From a virus: a stretch of 64,000 nt of DNA. Shown here one piece after another: positions 1-8,938 of this stretch (positions are counted from its first letter, which is position 1; every line of letters starts with the position of its first letter). The notes below the pieces were generated by a model. That model was not told the origin of the DNA, did not search any database, and saw nothing but the letters and a program-made list of their open reading frames with translations. The translations under genes were made by a program, and so were the position numbers. The stretch is from the IMG/VR virus record IMGVR_UViG_3300050120_000053, positions 1,291 through 65,290 of that record. One strand, given 5' to 3'.

Positions 1-132
1 CTGCTTGCTGATCTTGAATTCACGACACGTGGAATCGCAGCGGCCTCCCGACAGAGCCGGGCGCCAGACGTCTTGCCAGCGGTGCCACTCAAGCAGCAAT
101 GTTTCGACTTGCTCACTCTGGTCTAGAGTCAT
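1..132 (-). CDS. 5' part of a probable late-gene regulator (Q-position protein), runs off the window
   Basis: ATG at 132 gives MTLDQSEQVETLLLEWHRWQDVWRPALSGGRCDSTCREFKISKQ, open to base 1; occupies the position equivalent to the Q-like gene at 62201-62728 but is unrelated in sequence. Confidence 0.5.
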   Translation of the reverse strand, partial: MTLDQSEQVETLLLEWHRWQDVWRPALSGGRCDSTCREFKISKQ

Positions 133-201
133 TCCATCACCCGGTCACGTGAAACGCCAAAGCCGAATCGGCAGACAATAGTTTACCTCAAATTTCGCAG
201 T

Positions 202-230
202 CCTATACACATTTCATCCGTTTGTATAGG
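202..230. promoter_or_regulatory. Inverted repeat CCTATACA-N13-TGTATAGG upstream of the Q-position gene (copy 1)
   Basis: Same 8-bp stem and 13-nt spacer at 62801-62829 although the flanks differ. Confidence 0.55.
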
Positions 231-239
231 GCTTTGAGA

Positions 240-620
240 TCATTCTTCGCTCACCTCTTCGCCAAACTTCGACATGACATAAAGCCTCATGCCAGCGATG
301 AGCGGCGTCGGCCCATCGGCGCGCATCGAGTCATCACGCCACAATGCACACCACTCGCTACCTTCGGGGCATGGCCCGTCTGTCGGCTCGTAGAACTTGC
401 AGATGCCGAAGCCCTCTCTTTCGAAGATCGGGCCGCCATCACCCCATTGGGTCGACGGGAAGTACGGACTGGTGAATTTCGTTCCAGAGTCGATGGTAAA
501 TTCCGCCACCGCAAAATCGCCCTTCTCGTCCGTGGCTATGTGAGCGCGCGTGGCACCCTCGGCTTTCGCAACCCAGTAATCGAGTGTCGCGCCTTCCAGT
601 TCGCTAACTTTCATCTTCAT
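240..620 (-). CDS. NinX/DUF2591-family phage protein (paralogue 1)
   Basis: MKVSELEGATLDYWVAKAEG...PSTQWGDGGPIFERE...GPTPLIAGMRLYVMSKFGEEV. Confidence 0.8.
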   Translation of the reverse strand: MKMKVSELEGATLDYWVAKAEGATRAHIATDEKGDFAVAEFTIDSGTKFTSPYFPSTQWGDGGPIFEREGFGICKFYEPTDGPCPEGSEWCALWRDDSMRADGPTPLIAGMRLYVMSKFGEEVSEE

Positions 621-813
621 ACCCCGTGACCCCTAGAAACCGATACGAAACACACCCCGCCTCAACCACCGGCATCTGCGCCACCTCTGGCACCCGATAT
701 GCTGGATATCGAACCAATGGTGACGGCCGAAAAGCTGCGAACAGAATCAGCATCACAGCGCAGCCGATGAGTAGGGCCGCGAGGATTGATAGCGCGATGA
801 TTAGGGGCGTCAT
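604..813 (-). CDS. Small single-TM membrane protein (allele A)
   Basis: Hydrophobic N-terminus; first 35 aa identical to 63013-63219, C-terminus diverged. Confidence 0.7.
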   Translation of the reverse strand: MTPLIIALSILAALLIGCAVMLILFAAFRPSPLVRYPAYRVPEVAQMPVVEAGCVSYRFLGVTGYEDES

Positions 814-980
814 ATAACGCTTCCGTCATGCTCGTCCTCAATATCCGCAAACTCCGGCCGCAGCCCCTGCTTACTCGCAAATGCTCGTGCTGCGGCTTCG
901 TCTTGGAAGGTGCGGAGTTCGCCCTGCCACCAGGTTCTGACGTGGCCATCAGGCGTGTGCGTGAATAGGATTTGGGTCAT
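810..980 (-). CDS. Hypothetical phage protein
   Basis: MTQILFTHTPDGHVRTWWQGE..., RBS AAGGAG, overlaps neighbours. Confidence 0.65.
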   Translation of the reverse strand: MTQILFTHTPDGHVRTWWQGELRTFQDEAAARAFASKQGLRPEFADIEDEHDGSVI

Positions 981-1201
981 GTCGACTCCTTTAGTCCGCG
1001 CCACTCTGTGACACGGATTTTGCAGTTATCCCAATTTGAATCGCGCAAGCGATAGGCCAAATCAGGCGTGCTCCAGTAGGAATTGATCCAGCGCTCTCCG
1101 TCGAACCAGCGGTACCACTCCGTGTGCTCTGCCTTTTGGATTTCATATGCACCGACGATGGAGGGCTTGATTGATGCCGGAATCCACTGAGTCTTGTTCA
1201 C
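977..1201 (-). CDS. Hypothetical phage protein
   Basis: GTG start overlapping the upstream stop; ...TQWIPASIKPSIVGAYE...W.GL type small phage protein. Confidence 0.65.
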   Translation of the reverse strand: MNKTQWIPASIKPSIVGAYEIQKAEHTEWYRWFDGERWINSYWSTPDLAYRLRDSNWDNCKIRVTEWRGLKEST

Positions 1202-1464
1202 ACGCCCTCCTTCGGATGCGCCTGATCCCACGCGTAGTCAGTCATATGCAGCGATGCAGTACCCATTCTCGTTCTATCACTCGAAATCAAAGCTGCTGCG
1301 AAATCTAGAACCATCAGCTCGACATCGCGCAGTCTGCGCACCTCGGTGATGAGGTCTAGCATTCCTTCCGGATCTATCGCATGTACCGCGAACATCATTC
1401 GATCACCGGGAAGGCCGCTCTTAGCTATCTCTGCCAATTTTTCAAACTTTTCGAGATCGATCAT
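1198..1464 (-). CDS. Hypothetical phage protein
   Basis: MIDLEKFEKLAEIAK..., 4-bp overlaps on both sides. Confidence 0.65.
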   Translation of the reverse strand: MIDLEKFEKLAEIAKSGLPGDRMMFAVHAIDPEGMLDLITEVRRLRDVELMVLDFAAALISSDRTRMGTASLHMTDYAWDQAHPKEGV

Positions 1465-1649
1465 TTCGTCTCCGCATCATGGATGCAAGCGAACTTGGCC
1501 GATTGAACGGTCGAGGAAGCGAGGCTTTCGGCGGCTTGCCCCGCTGCCTGACACGAAGTCTGCTGGTAGAAGCGCGCCGTGGTAATCGACACATCGTTGT
1601 CGTGCGCCATCATTCCGGAATGGATGAAGATGATTAGTAGCCAGTTCAT
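1461..1649 (-). CDS. Small exported/membrane protein with two Cys
   Basis: MNWLLIIFIHSG... start at 1649 overlaps the upstream stop. Confidence 0.55.
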   Translation of the reverse strand: MNWLLIIFIHSGMMAHDNDVSITTARFYQQTSCQAAGQAAESLASSTVQSAKFACIHDAETK

Positions 1650-1852
1650 TTGATTGCCGCCGCAATAAGTACAACGATCCCGATAATGCCGAGCACGATT
1701 GCCAGCGGCAGCCACAACGGAGCCGTCACCCACCACCATGACCAATTTGCGACGTCCGAAACGCCGACCAACTTGAGCGTCAGGAAGACGATGAACATGA
1801 GCCCACAAACGCCGATGCCACCTGATTGCGCTGATTCATTTTTGCTAGACAT
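1646..1852 (-). CDS. Two-TM phage membrane protein
   Basis: GGIGVCGLMFIVFLTLKLVGV..NWSWWWVTAPLWLP motif common in phage membrane proteins. Confidence 0.75.
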   Translation of the reverse strand: MSSKNESAQSGGIGVCGLMFIVFLTLKLVGVSDVANWSWWWVTAPLWLPLAIVLGIIGIVVLIAAAIK

Positions 1853-2303
1853 GCTCGATCTCCTCTTGGTTGGTTTCAATTCCCATCTTCCTGTTGCGAC
1901 GCGGCAACCATCGCTCAAACCCGTTATCAAACGCTGCGAACTTCTCGTCGCGCGGCGCAGGACCTTGATCGAGCCAGCGATGGCACGGCGCGCAGCCGGG
2001 CAACGTCCGGTCGTGATTTGCCTTCAGCCCCATGCCCTTGCCGGAACTAAGCCTGTTGTCGTGACACGGGACGACACTAGGGTCTCCCCAATCTGACCGA
2101 GCGCAGAGCACGTTCAGATAGCAAGGCTCACCGCGACAAGCCGCCAGATACTTCGAGCCCTCGGCAACGGTCGGCTTCTTCACGCGCGCCCGGATCGCCG
2201 TCCGCTTCATCTGCGTCTTGGCGGTGGCGAGAGCGAAGGGCTTGGGTGAGGACTTACGGGAGAAGCCAGTTCGCTTGAGTCCTACCTTGCGAGTTAGCGC
2301 CAT
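1845..2303 (-). CDS. DUF1364/YbcO-like Zn-binding nuclease-domain protein
   Basis: YLAACRGEPCYL...CH...GKGMGLKA...GCAPCHRWLD. Confidence 0.7.
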   Translation of the reverse strand: MALTRKVGLKRTGFSRKSSPKPFALATAKTQMKRTAIRARVKKPTVAEGSKYLAACRGEPCYLNVLCARSDWGDPSVVPCHDNRLSSGKGMGLKANHDRTLPGCAPCHRWLDQGPAPRDEKFAAFDNGFERWLPRRNRKMGIETNQEEIEHV

Positions 2304-2394
2304 TTGCGCTCCAATACAAAATTCACCAGTTGCCCGATGATCGTTCCGAGACCGTAGCCCCAGATAATCTGATTGAGTACATGGGCTACGCCGC

Positions 2395-2601
2395 TCATAA
2401 TTTCCCCGCCGCTTGCACAATCGCGTGCGCGCAGTCCGCCTGCGTCTTGAACCACTTCTCCCGCAGCAGTTCTGCTGCCGCTTCCATCCCAGCCTTGTAG
2501 CCGTGGCCGAACAACATGAACTGAGTCTGCTCGGATGCTAGACTCTGAGCGATCAACTCGACATTGAATTCTTCGTGAAGCTTTCCGCGGACTTTGCTCA
2601 T
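2395..2601 (-). CDS. Hypothetical phage protein
   Basis: In-operon ORF with 4-bp overlap to ninB. Confidence 0.55.
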   Translation of the reverse strand: MSKVRGKLHEEFNVELIAQSLASEQTQFMLFGHGYKAGMEAAAELLREKWFKTQADCAHAIVQAAGKL

Positions 2602-3011
2602 TCGAATTCAACCCCCAAGGTTCCGGCGGCGTAGGCTTGAATAGCATTGAGGTAGGTAGAGAACTCCCCGACGCTCATCTTTGTGGTCGACTTGCGCAGC
2701 GTGACGATCTCGCCGTCAGGCAGAGTCACCTCGTCGAGCACACCGTACAGCCGCGCGAAATACTCGTGCCACGTGTCCTTGTCAAACTGCTTGCCGTCGA
2801 CCCACGCCTGCGCGGAAATATCGCGCAGCACAGCGCCCCAATAGAAACGGTTCTGGACTTCGTTGCGCTTGCGCTCTTCAGCGGTGACAATCACGCGCAA
2901 TGGCTGGCCCTTGTCGGCGCAACCGGGCGCGTTCGCTTTCACGAAGGCGACGAGCAGGTTCCAGACGCTGCCATTGCGAAGGGTGAACTCCTTGTAAAGG
3001 GCCGCGGTCAC
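2598..3011 (-). CDS. ninB: NinB-family recombination protein
   Basis: KRNEVQNRFYWG.VLRDIS.QAW...WHEYF...STTKMSVGEFSTYLNAIQAYAA. Confidence 0.85.
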   Translation of the reverse strand: MTAALYKEFTLRNGSVWNLLVAFVKANAPGCADKGQPLRVIVTAEERKRNEVQNRFYWGAVLRDISAQAWVDGKQFDKDTWHEYFARLYGVLDEVTLPDGEIVTLRKSTTKMSVGEFSTYLNAIQAYAAGTLGVEFE

Positions 3012-3457
3012 AGTTTCGCCTCGTAGCGTGCGATCATTGACCGGAGCTTTGCCGCCTGCTTGACGCTTTCCTTGGCCGCCATCCGGCGCGCGTAATAAGA
3101 CTCGTCGATCTCCTGATCGGGTTCGCCATGCGGTTCGCCGATATAGGAATTTCCGGTCTCGCTCGAATACTCAGCCAGCGCTGCGTTGTGCTTGCGCTTG
3201 GCGTCGAGCCATACCTTGCGCGCGCGGCGCACCTCGACAGCCTGAATCCCAATGCGCTCCAGATCGCTCACGTTTCTAGGTGCGTGTGACCCGGCCAGAT
3301 CAGTCCATTCAAGATCATTGACGTGGAACCAAGCGTCGCGGGCGGCGAGGTAGACAAGCCGAAAATCTCCATCGACTCGTCGCACAATTCCCGTTTCTCC
3401 AGATCGGGTATGCGTTACCAGCGTCCCCTTGATAATCATGCCGGGACTGACTTTCAT
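3008..3457 (-). CDS. Hypothetical phage protein
   Basis: 149-aa ORF with 4-bp overlaps on both sides. Confidence 0.6.
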   Translation of the reverse strand: MKVSPGMIIKGTLVTHTRSGETGIVRRVDGDFRLVYLAARDAWFHVNDLEWTDLAGSHAPRNVSDLERIGIQAVEVRRARKVWLDAKRKHNAALAEYSSETGNSYIGEPHGEPDQEIDESYYARRMAAKESVKQAAKLRSMIARYEAKL

Positions 3458-3768
3458 ACCGCCTCCGCTCTAACGACTTCGTCCGCGTACTGGACAGGTA
3501 TGCCGAGCATCTTGGCGATGCGGCGCTCTTCTCGGGCTCCGGAACTTGTGGACCAATTCGGCAGCATGTAAATCTCGTCCACGTCGCACAGCATGGCCAC
3601 GCACTTGCGCATATACATCTGCCACGTCGCGCCCGGGCCAAGATCCAACTCAGCCGGATTGACCACTAGCCAGCCGAGAGCGTCGAGACGGTTCGCGGCT
3701 GCGGTGAAGTGGTCGCGGTAATTTGGGACGTCGGTGATTGCGCCGGAGATGTAGATGGTGCGGCTCAT
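3454..3768 (-). CDS. DUF4406-family (nucleoside deoxyribosyltransferase-like) protein
   Basis: IYISGAIT...F..AA..L...G..VVNPA...W..YMR.C...L.D.D.IYML.NW..S.GA..E. Confidence 0.85.
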   Translation of the reverse strand: MSRTIYISGAITDVPNYRDHFTAAANRLDALGWLVVNPAELDLGPGATWQMYMRKCVAMLCDVDEIYMLPNWSTSSGAREERRIAKMLGIPVQYADEVVRAEAV

Positions 3769-4094
3769 GCTGTTATCTCTTCGGTTGCTTCATCATTCAC
3801 GGGCACGCCGCTGATGGGACGCATTGCAGAATCGGCAATCGGCCTTTCATGGACCATATGGACGCGTCCTTCGTGAGGACCATTGATGGAAATCCACGGG
3901 AGCGGGCGCGGTGAGCGAACTACCCAACAAAACCTAGTGGTCGTCGTACGGAAAGGAATACCATCCACAGTGGGGAACATTTCATTCTTTATGGCTGCTC
4001 GCACGATCTCCACAACTCTTCCCTTAAGTCCAGGAGTAGATATGGGCGAACCCGCCCCAACCACAATCGCCAAATCACCCGGCTTGCAGTTCAT
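3765..4094 (-). CDS. Hypothetical phage protein
   Basis: MNCKPGDLAIVV...IADSAMRPISG pattern typical of Burkholderiaceae phage ORFs. Confidence 0.7.
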   Translation of the reverse strand: MNCKPGDLAIVVGAGSPISTPGLKGRVVEIVRAAIKNEMFPTVDGIPFRTTTTRFCWVVRSPRPLPWISINGPHEGRVHMVHERPIADSAMRPISGVPVNDEATEEITA

Positions 4095-4771
4095 GCGGCC
4101 TCCAACATGACTTGATGCATCGCCACGGCGAACGGATTCATCGGCGCAGTTCTGCCCTTCTTACGGTCCATATATTCTTTGTGGCACTTGGCATGAGGCT
4201 TCAATTCCGGCTTCGGCACATTGGGCACCGATCCAAGGGCGTACTTAGGCGAAAATGACCCGCTGCCAGACGGCCGGGGCTGAATCCATCCAGCGATGTA
4301 ATATTTCTCGCCGCAGTACTCGCGCAGTTGTTCTGCGATGTATTCGGGAGAAGCAGGAACAATTTTGGATATTTCGCATGCCGTCAGTGCCCGGTGCTTA
4401 CTCAGTGCCCGGTCTATCTCTTCCCGGACCCACGAATAAGCGGTCGAGTGTTTCGTGTTCCCGCGTGGCTTAAGCCCGATCTTGTGCCCGCGCTCGACTA
4501 CGGACCGCCACGAGCGATTTGGGAGAAGGTCCATATGCAGTTTCAAGGGGCCCTTCATCTTCCACATCTTGCGGATGGCGGCGTCGTCTTCTGCGGTCCA
4601 CGGGAACAGAATCGGCTGGTCACGAACAAGACCCTTCCATCGGGCGCGGCATCGAATGGCCGACTCACTGCGGCCGGGCAGTTCGGCGAGCAATTTCCGA
4701 CCAGATATGCCCTCTTTCCATCTACGGGCGAGTAATTCGTCTTCGTGATTTGTCCGCGGTTTGCGGGTCAT
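4091..4771 (-). CDS. DNA-binding protein with repeated Myb/HTH-like segments
   Basis: LPGRSESAIRCRA..., WTAEDDAAIRKMW..., LPNRSWRSVVERG..., C-terminal HTH-like segment. Confidence 0.6.
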   Translation of the reverse strand: MTRKPRTNHEDELLARRWKEGISGRKLLAELPGRSESAIRCRARWKGLVRDQPILFPWTAEDDAAIRKMWKMKGPLKLHMDLLPNRSWRSVVERGHKIGLKPRGNTKHSTAYSWVREEIDRALSKHRALTACEISKIVPASPEYIAEQLREYCGEKYYIAGWIQPRPSGSGSFSPKYALGSVPNVPKPELKPHAKCHKEYMDRKKGRTAPMNPFAVAMHQVMLEAA

Positions 4772-5202
4772 GCTGCTTCCTTTTCGTACTCCTGAACCCG
4801 AACCTCGACGCGCGGGATCAGGCCGTATTGTTTTGTCACCATTGCGCGAACGATTTGCTTGTCATCCTCGAAAACGATGGCATTCATGGCGTCGGCGCAA
4901 AGCTTAGAAATGTTGTCCCAGTCCGGCTTAGTCGTGGCTCCCACAAGACCGCGCATGGCTAAATCCCGCTTCTTCATCGACCAGCTCGCGGGAATCGGCA
5001 TGTAGATATCGACGGCCAAGGCAATCGGCCGCTTCAAAGGCGCGCGGCCGCCCATGATCAGAAACGCGTAGTGCTTGACCAAGTTCTCGTAACTGACGGT
5101 CTTGGCCGGTGTGTATGTCCGGACGGCATTTCCGTGCCGCGCGAACCTCGGACGCCCTTTGCCGACCGGAACGCCGGGAACGGTGAAAGAGACGGAGTTC
5201 AT
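4768..5202 (-). CDS. rusA: RusA Holliday junction resolvase
   Basis: VPGVPVGKGRPRF...TKPDWDNISK...DAMNAIVFEDDKQIV. Confidence 0.92.
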   Translation of the reverse strand: MNSVSFTVPGVPVGKGRPRFARHGNAVRTYTPAKTVSYENLVKHYAFLIMGGRAPLKRPIALAVDIYMPIPASWSMKKRDLAMRGLVGATTKPDWDNISKLCADAMNAIVFEDDKQIVRAMVTKQYGLIPRVEVRVQEYEKEAA

Positions 5203-5927
5203 GCGCGCTCCTGATCGGCGTATGGATGAACGATCTCGGCATACTCCGGACCGATCACCTTGGCCGATACAGGCTCTGTCTGATGACCCAAAATCGCCTT
5301 GAGCTTTTCGATATGCGCCCGCGCGTTCCCGCGCTCCGATTCCGGGATCGACGCCAGTAACGGGCGAGCATTGCCGGTTTCAAGCAAAATGCCGATCGGC
5401 CCAGCGTTCCGCGGCGATGGCAACAAAAGATTGCCGTGATCCCGGGAGATCAACCCCTTGTCGACCGCGCTGTTAACGACTTCAGCGCGACAATCCGGGT
5501 CCAGACCCAGCGATACAGACCACTGCGGACCGGCGCCGCTATCGCGAGCATCGGCAACAGCCTTGATATATGCCTCCTTAAATGCCATTCGGGCAGGAAT
5601 GTCTTCACCCGACTCAAGCAGCGGAAGAGCAACCGCCCACGCCCTGCGCATTTCTTCGGTCCACGCAACCGTGGTTTCCTCGTCGCGCGGCAGCATCGCC
5701 CACGCTTCTTCAGGACCCGGCCGGCCGTCATCCACCCGGGACACGACGTCCGAGACCGTGAGAACCCCGCGCACTTCCTTGCGGCATCGCGCCAGAGCCT
5801 TTAGCACGGCGTCGTCAGGGAATGTCGAGAGGTCCGACACGAACACTGCGGCCGCACCCGGAGAGAACGTCCGTCCGCATAATTCGGCGGTTACTGCGAC
5901 TGCTTCAAGAACTCGGCTGCTGGCCAT
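5199..5927 (-). CDS. Replication accessory protein (P-position, helicase-loader-like)
   Basis: Directly follows the initiator; AELCGRTFS...RCRKEV.G.LTVSDV...DGRPGPEEAWAM. Confidence 0.6.
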   Translation of the reverse strand: MASSRVLEAVAVTAELCGRTFSPGAAAVFVSDLSTFPDDAVLKALARCRKEVRGVLTVSDVVSRVDDGRPGPEEAWAMLPRDEETTVAWTEEMRRAWAVALPLLESGEDIPARMAFKEAYIKAVADARDSGAGPQWSVSLGLDPDCRAEVVNSAVDKGLISRDHGNLLLPSPRNAGPIGILLETGNARPLLASIPESERGNARAHIEKLKAILGHQTEPVSAKVIGPEYAEIVHPYADQERA

Positions 5928-5928
5928 G

Positions 5929-6819
5929 TCATGCTCCCCTTGCTTCCCGTGCGCGAGCCTCTTCGATGAGCGGCCCAAATGAGTTGAGATTCGTTTGCGT
6001 CTTGTCTGCCTGCACCGCCTCCGCCGCCGTCACCTGCCTTCGAGTCGCCCATTCGGTCCTAAGCTTTTCAGCGTCTTTCAACATCGCACTGACCGGATGA
6101 CAGTTCTGCACGTAGTAGCGGCCGTTGTGGGAGACGTACCAGGCCGCTACTGCCGGCGACTCCTCTTGCCCAATGCGCTTTACAAAATTCGACATCTGCG
6201 AATTCACCGTTGCGTTTCGTACCGGTTCGGTTCGATACCTTCCGAAATACGCCACCGCATAAACCCGCCATGTCTCCGATGCTGGCGACTCGGCTTTTGG
6301 TTCTGGTCGTGGCCGGTCATTTCGTTTCGCAACCGATGACCCCGCAGGGGGATTCGGAACCAGAGCAATCGGTGAATCAGTCAATCGGTCAATCAGTGAA
6401 TCAGAGATACAAGGGCCAAGTGCTTCCACATCTTCTTCGCAGTCCTCATCTCCATGAGCACAATAACTTTCCACCATGGAGAGAAGTTCTTGCGGGCAAG
6501 GTGGTATCTCGCTCTTAGTTTCGTTCGAGTGCGGCTTCTGATGTTTGGAGAAGTTGACAATCTGGATAAACTTTCTCCCGTCAACCGCATACCGGACAAG
6601 GAATCCGCGACTCTGCAAATCATTGAGCATGGTGTCAACGTCGGCCTCAGGGTCGTAGGCAAGCGCCTTCGCCTTGATTTTCTTCGGGCGGTCCTCAAGT
6701 CGGCCGTCACGATCTGCCAGCATCCACAAGTAGACGAACAACAATCGGTCCAACGGAGAGAGTTCGGCTAAAAACTCGTTCTCCATGATTCCCGGTTTGA
6801 TATTTCTTGATCTAGCCAC
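5929..6819 (-). CDS. Replication initiator (lambda O-like)
   Basis: MARSRNIKPG...LLFVYLWMLADRDGRLEDRPKKIK N-terminus; internal short tandem repeats. Confidence 0.85.
   Translation of the reverse strand: MARSRNIKPGIMENEFLAELSPLDRLLFVYLWMLADRDGRLEDRPKKIKAKALAYDPEADVDTMLNDLQSRGFLVRYAVDGRKFIQIVNFSKHQKPHSNETKSEIPPCPQELLSMVESYCAHGDEDCEEDVEALGPCISDSLIDRLTDSPIALVPNPPAGSSVAKRNDRPRPEPKAESPASETWRVYAVAYFGRYRTEPVRNATVNSQMSNFVKRIGQEESPAVAAWYVSHNGRYYVQNCHPVSAMLKDAEKLRTEWATRRQVTAAEAVQADKTQTNLNSFGPLIEEARAREARGA
6366..6405. repeat. Five tandem 8-mers SAATCRGW inside the initiator gene (putative origin iterons)
   Basis: caatcggt gaatcagt caatcggt caatcagt gaatcaga; lambdoid origins lie within O. Confidence 0.6.
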
Positions 6820-6864
6820 ACCATGCTCCGTTGATCTTCGTGTTCCATCTGTCCGGCCAGCACT

Positions 6865-7074
6865 TCAATGCTTCTTTTCCTGACCCGCCGACACAATCAA
6901 GTGCCCAGCGATCGCAAATGCTTCAAATACCCTTGGGTCCTGCGCTGCCCGCTTTTCCAGCTCCTTCGCGAGCGCTTTTCTACCGTCTCCAACTTCCTCG
7001 ATTGCGGCTTGTACCGCCTCCCTTCCTATCCGGAGCGCTTCACCTTCTTCCATGTCATACCGTCCTTGCTGCAA
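6865..7074 (-). CDS. Hypothetical phage protein
   Basis: Small ORF between cII-like gene and initiator. Confidence 0.5.
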   Translation of the reverse strand: MQQGRYDMEEGEALRIGREAVQAAIEEVGDGRKALAKELEKRAAQDPRVFEAFAIAGHLIVSAGQEKKH

Positions 7075-7453
7075 TAACCTCTTCCATGAAGGTCAAGCAG
7101 GCGACCCGCGCAAGGTACTGGCTGATCGCCCGGTTACCGAGTTGAGCCTCGATCGCCGCTATGTGCTTGGCAGGCAGATCGCGCAATTGCTTTCCCTTCG
7201 AACTAATCGGCTTGGCCGCGAAGTATTCAGATGCGTGTGATGCGTACAGGCCGTCGATTTCCACCACGAGGTGGCTGAATGTCAGGTTCTTCCGGGTCCT
7301 CGAATTCCACGCCAGGTAGCAGGCATCCCGGAAGGACTTGCACTCGGCGACGAGCGCACCAGACACGAACACAAGATTCGCGGGGGTCGGGTGAATGTGG
7401 CCCACTACGACGCCTTGTGTGGCGGCGCTTTGCGGGCTTTCTTGAAGTTGCAT
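7055..7453 (-). CDS. CII-position transcriptional regulator
   Basis: Follows cro; SFRDACYLAW...ASEYF...RDLPA..IAAIEAQLGNRAISQYLA. Confidence 0.6.
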   Translation of the reverse strand: MQLQESPQSAATQGVVVGHIHPTPANLVFVSGALVAECKSFRDACYLAWNSRTRKNLTFSHLVVEIDGLYASHASEYFAAKPISSKGKQLRDLPAKHIAAIEAQLGNRAISQYLARVACLTFMEEVIAARTV

Positions 7454-7691
7454 CTCATACCTCCCTATAGTTACAAACAATCGAAATTGGCCGGAATACC
7501 AGTTGAACCGTCAGAGGGTCAGGGTCCAAATTAAAGGCGTCCGAAGACGCCGCTCACAAACAAAAATGAAAACGAACTACACATCGAATAAAACGCCCCG
7601 TCGAGAAGACCGGGGAAACCAGATCGCTACGGGGTGTGCGATCCGGGAGAGACTGGGGCGCTTAGGAATGCTTAGCGCGAAAAGGGGTGCT

Positions 7692-8000
7692 TCAAACTTT
7701 TCCGTCGGGATCGACTTCGCCATCTGGCGGCTGAACGTCGTCAGAAGCTGCAGCGCGATCGACTGCGGTAGGCGGAGAATTGGACGCATCATTGACGCGG
7801 CCTTGATCCATCAATTCAGTCAAAAAGAGATCTGGGCGCTGCAGCTTTACCTCGGATGGAATGCCGCGCTTTTTCCAGTTTTGGATGCGTTGAACGCCAC
7901 CGGTAGTTTTGTCGTAACCCAGCAACTCAGCGAGTTTTGTGGGTCCGCCAAGACGCTCAATGGTCTGTCGGTCGGCTTCGATGTCGGGGTGTTTTGTCAT
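7692..8000 (-). CDS. cro: Cro-like HTH repressor
   Basis: IERLGGPTKLAELLG...QRIQNWKKRGIP; divergent from cI. Confidence 0.85.
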   Translation of the reverse strand: MTKHPDIEADRQTIERLGGPTKLAELLGYDKTTGGVQRIQNWKKRGIPSEVKLQRPDLFLTELMDQGRVNDASNSPPTAVDRAAASDDVQPPDGEVDPDGKV

Positions 8001-8074
8001 GGTGTTTCAATTAAACACCATGTTTAAGAAAAACGCAAACACTGAAAACACGACGTTTAACAACATTTTGTTTA
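7994..8074. promoter_or_regulatory. OR operator cluster (consensus TAAACA-N3-TGTTTA)
   Basis: Perfect site 8012-8026; degenerate sites 7994-8008, 8045-8059, 8060-8074 between cro and cI. Confidence 0.8.
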
Positions 8075-8093
8075 CTTCGGCGAACATCGCGGC

Positions 8094-8885
8094 ATGAAAC
8101 AAGGAACTCACGAAACCGGATTGCGCCTGCTCGCGGCAGCTAAGGCGATAAAACAGGCGGATGGACCGTCGGATGTTGCTCGGCTTCTGAATGTGTCCCC
8201 GCAGACAGTCACTAACTGGACAAGGCGCGGCGTATCGAAAGAAGGAATGCTATTGGCCCAGCGCCTAATTGGGGTCAATGCAACGTGGATAGAATCGGGA
8301 GAGGGGCAGATGATCGACCTTTCTGCCCAGCACACTTCTGCCTCCGACCATCCTCCGGTCACAGAGGATAGAGACGCTCTAATTAAGCGTTTGCTTCCTG
8401 AGGGAAAAGGTAACGTTGTTGCCTGGGAAACCGAGGCTGATCTGCCCGACGACCCTGAGCGAGTCTGGATTGACCGCTTTGATTATCATTTTTCGGCGGG
8501 GTCTGGCTTGATTCAGTGGGAAGTGCGGGAGAAAAAGGCGTTGCCCTTCGACATGGGGTATTTCAAGGCGCTAGGTTCAAAACCCAAGGATTGCCGGCTG
8601 CTCGCGGTGCGGGGCGACAGCATGGAGCCGTATCTTTTCAACCGCGACATGATGATGATCGACTCCACACGCACCAACGTGCGCGATGGCCAGGTCTACG
8701 CGGTCTATTTCGAAGATGAGCCGCTGGTTAAACAAATCTTTAAACAGGTCGGCGGCGGCATTGTCCTGCATTCTTACAATTCCAAATACCCCGACAAGGA
8801 AGTCCACGCCGAAAGCATGGATCTAGTGAAGATCGTCGGCGAAGTGATACACCGGTCTGGGTCGGGGTTGGCCGGTGGCAACTGA
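8094..8885 (+). CDS. cI: CI repressor (HTH + S24 self-cleavage domain)
   Basis: N-terminal HTH (SDVARLLNVSPQTVTNWTRRG); SAGSG cleavage region, VRGDSMEP serine, VKQ lysine. Confidence 0.93.
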   Translation: MKQGTHETGLRLLAAAKAIKQADGPSDVARLLNVSPQTVTNWTRRGVSKEGMLLAQRLIGVNATWIESGEGQMIDLSAQHTSASDHPPVTEDRDALIKRLLPEGKGNVVAWETEADLPDDPERVWIDRFDYHFSAGSGLIQWEVREKKALPFDMGYFKALGSKPKDCRLLAVRGDSMEPYLFNRDMMMIDSTRTNVRDGQVYAVYFEDEPLVKQIFKQVGGGIVLHSYNSKYPDKEVHAESMDLVKIVGEVIHRSGSGLAGGN

Positions 8886-8938
8886 TCACCCGCTTTCAAA
8901 AGAACAGGCCGTTTGCGGCGCCGAGAGAGACCAAAAAA

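Larger units (their letters stand above)
719..1594 (+). repeat. 876-bp exact direct repeat, copy 1
   Basis: Line-by-line identity with 63125-64000 (offset 62,406); copy 2 is cut by the window end. Confidence 0.97.

Noticed and set aside
604-813. Diversity-generating retroelement (TR/VR pair) suggested by the half-identical gene pair 604-813 / 63013-63219
   Set aside because: No reverse transcriptase in the window; the differences are not adenine-specific and include indels; the rest of the repeat is exact.
719-1594. Simple terminal redundancy or circular-assembly overlap
   Set aside because: It would require 1-718 to match 62407-63124, which it does not, and it is not anchored at terS/pac.
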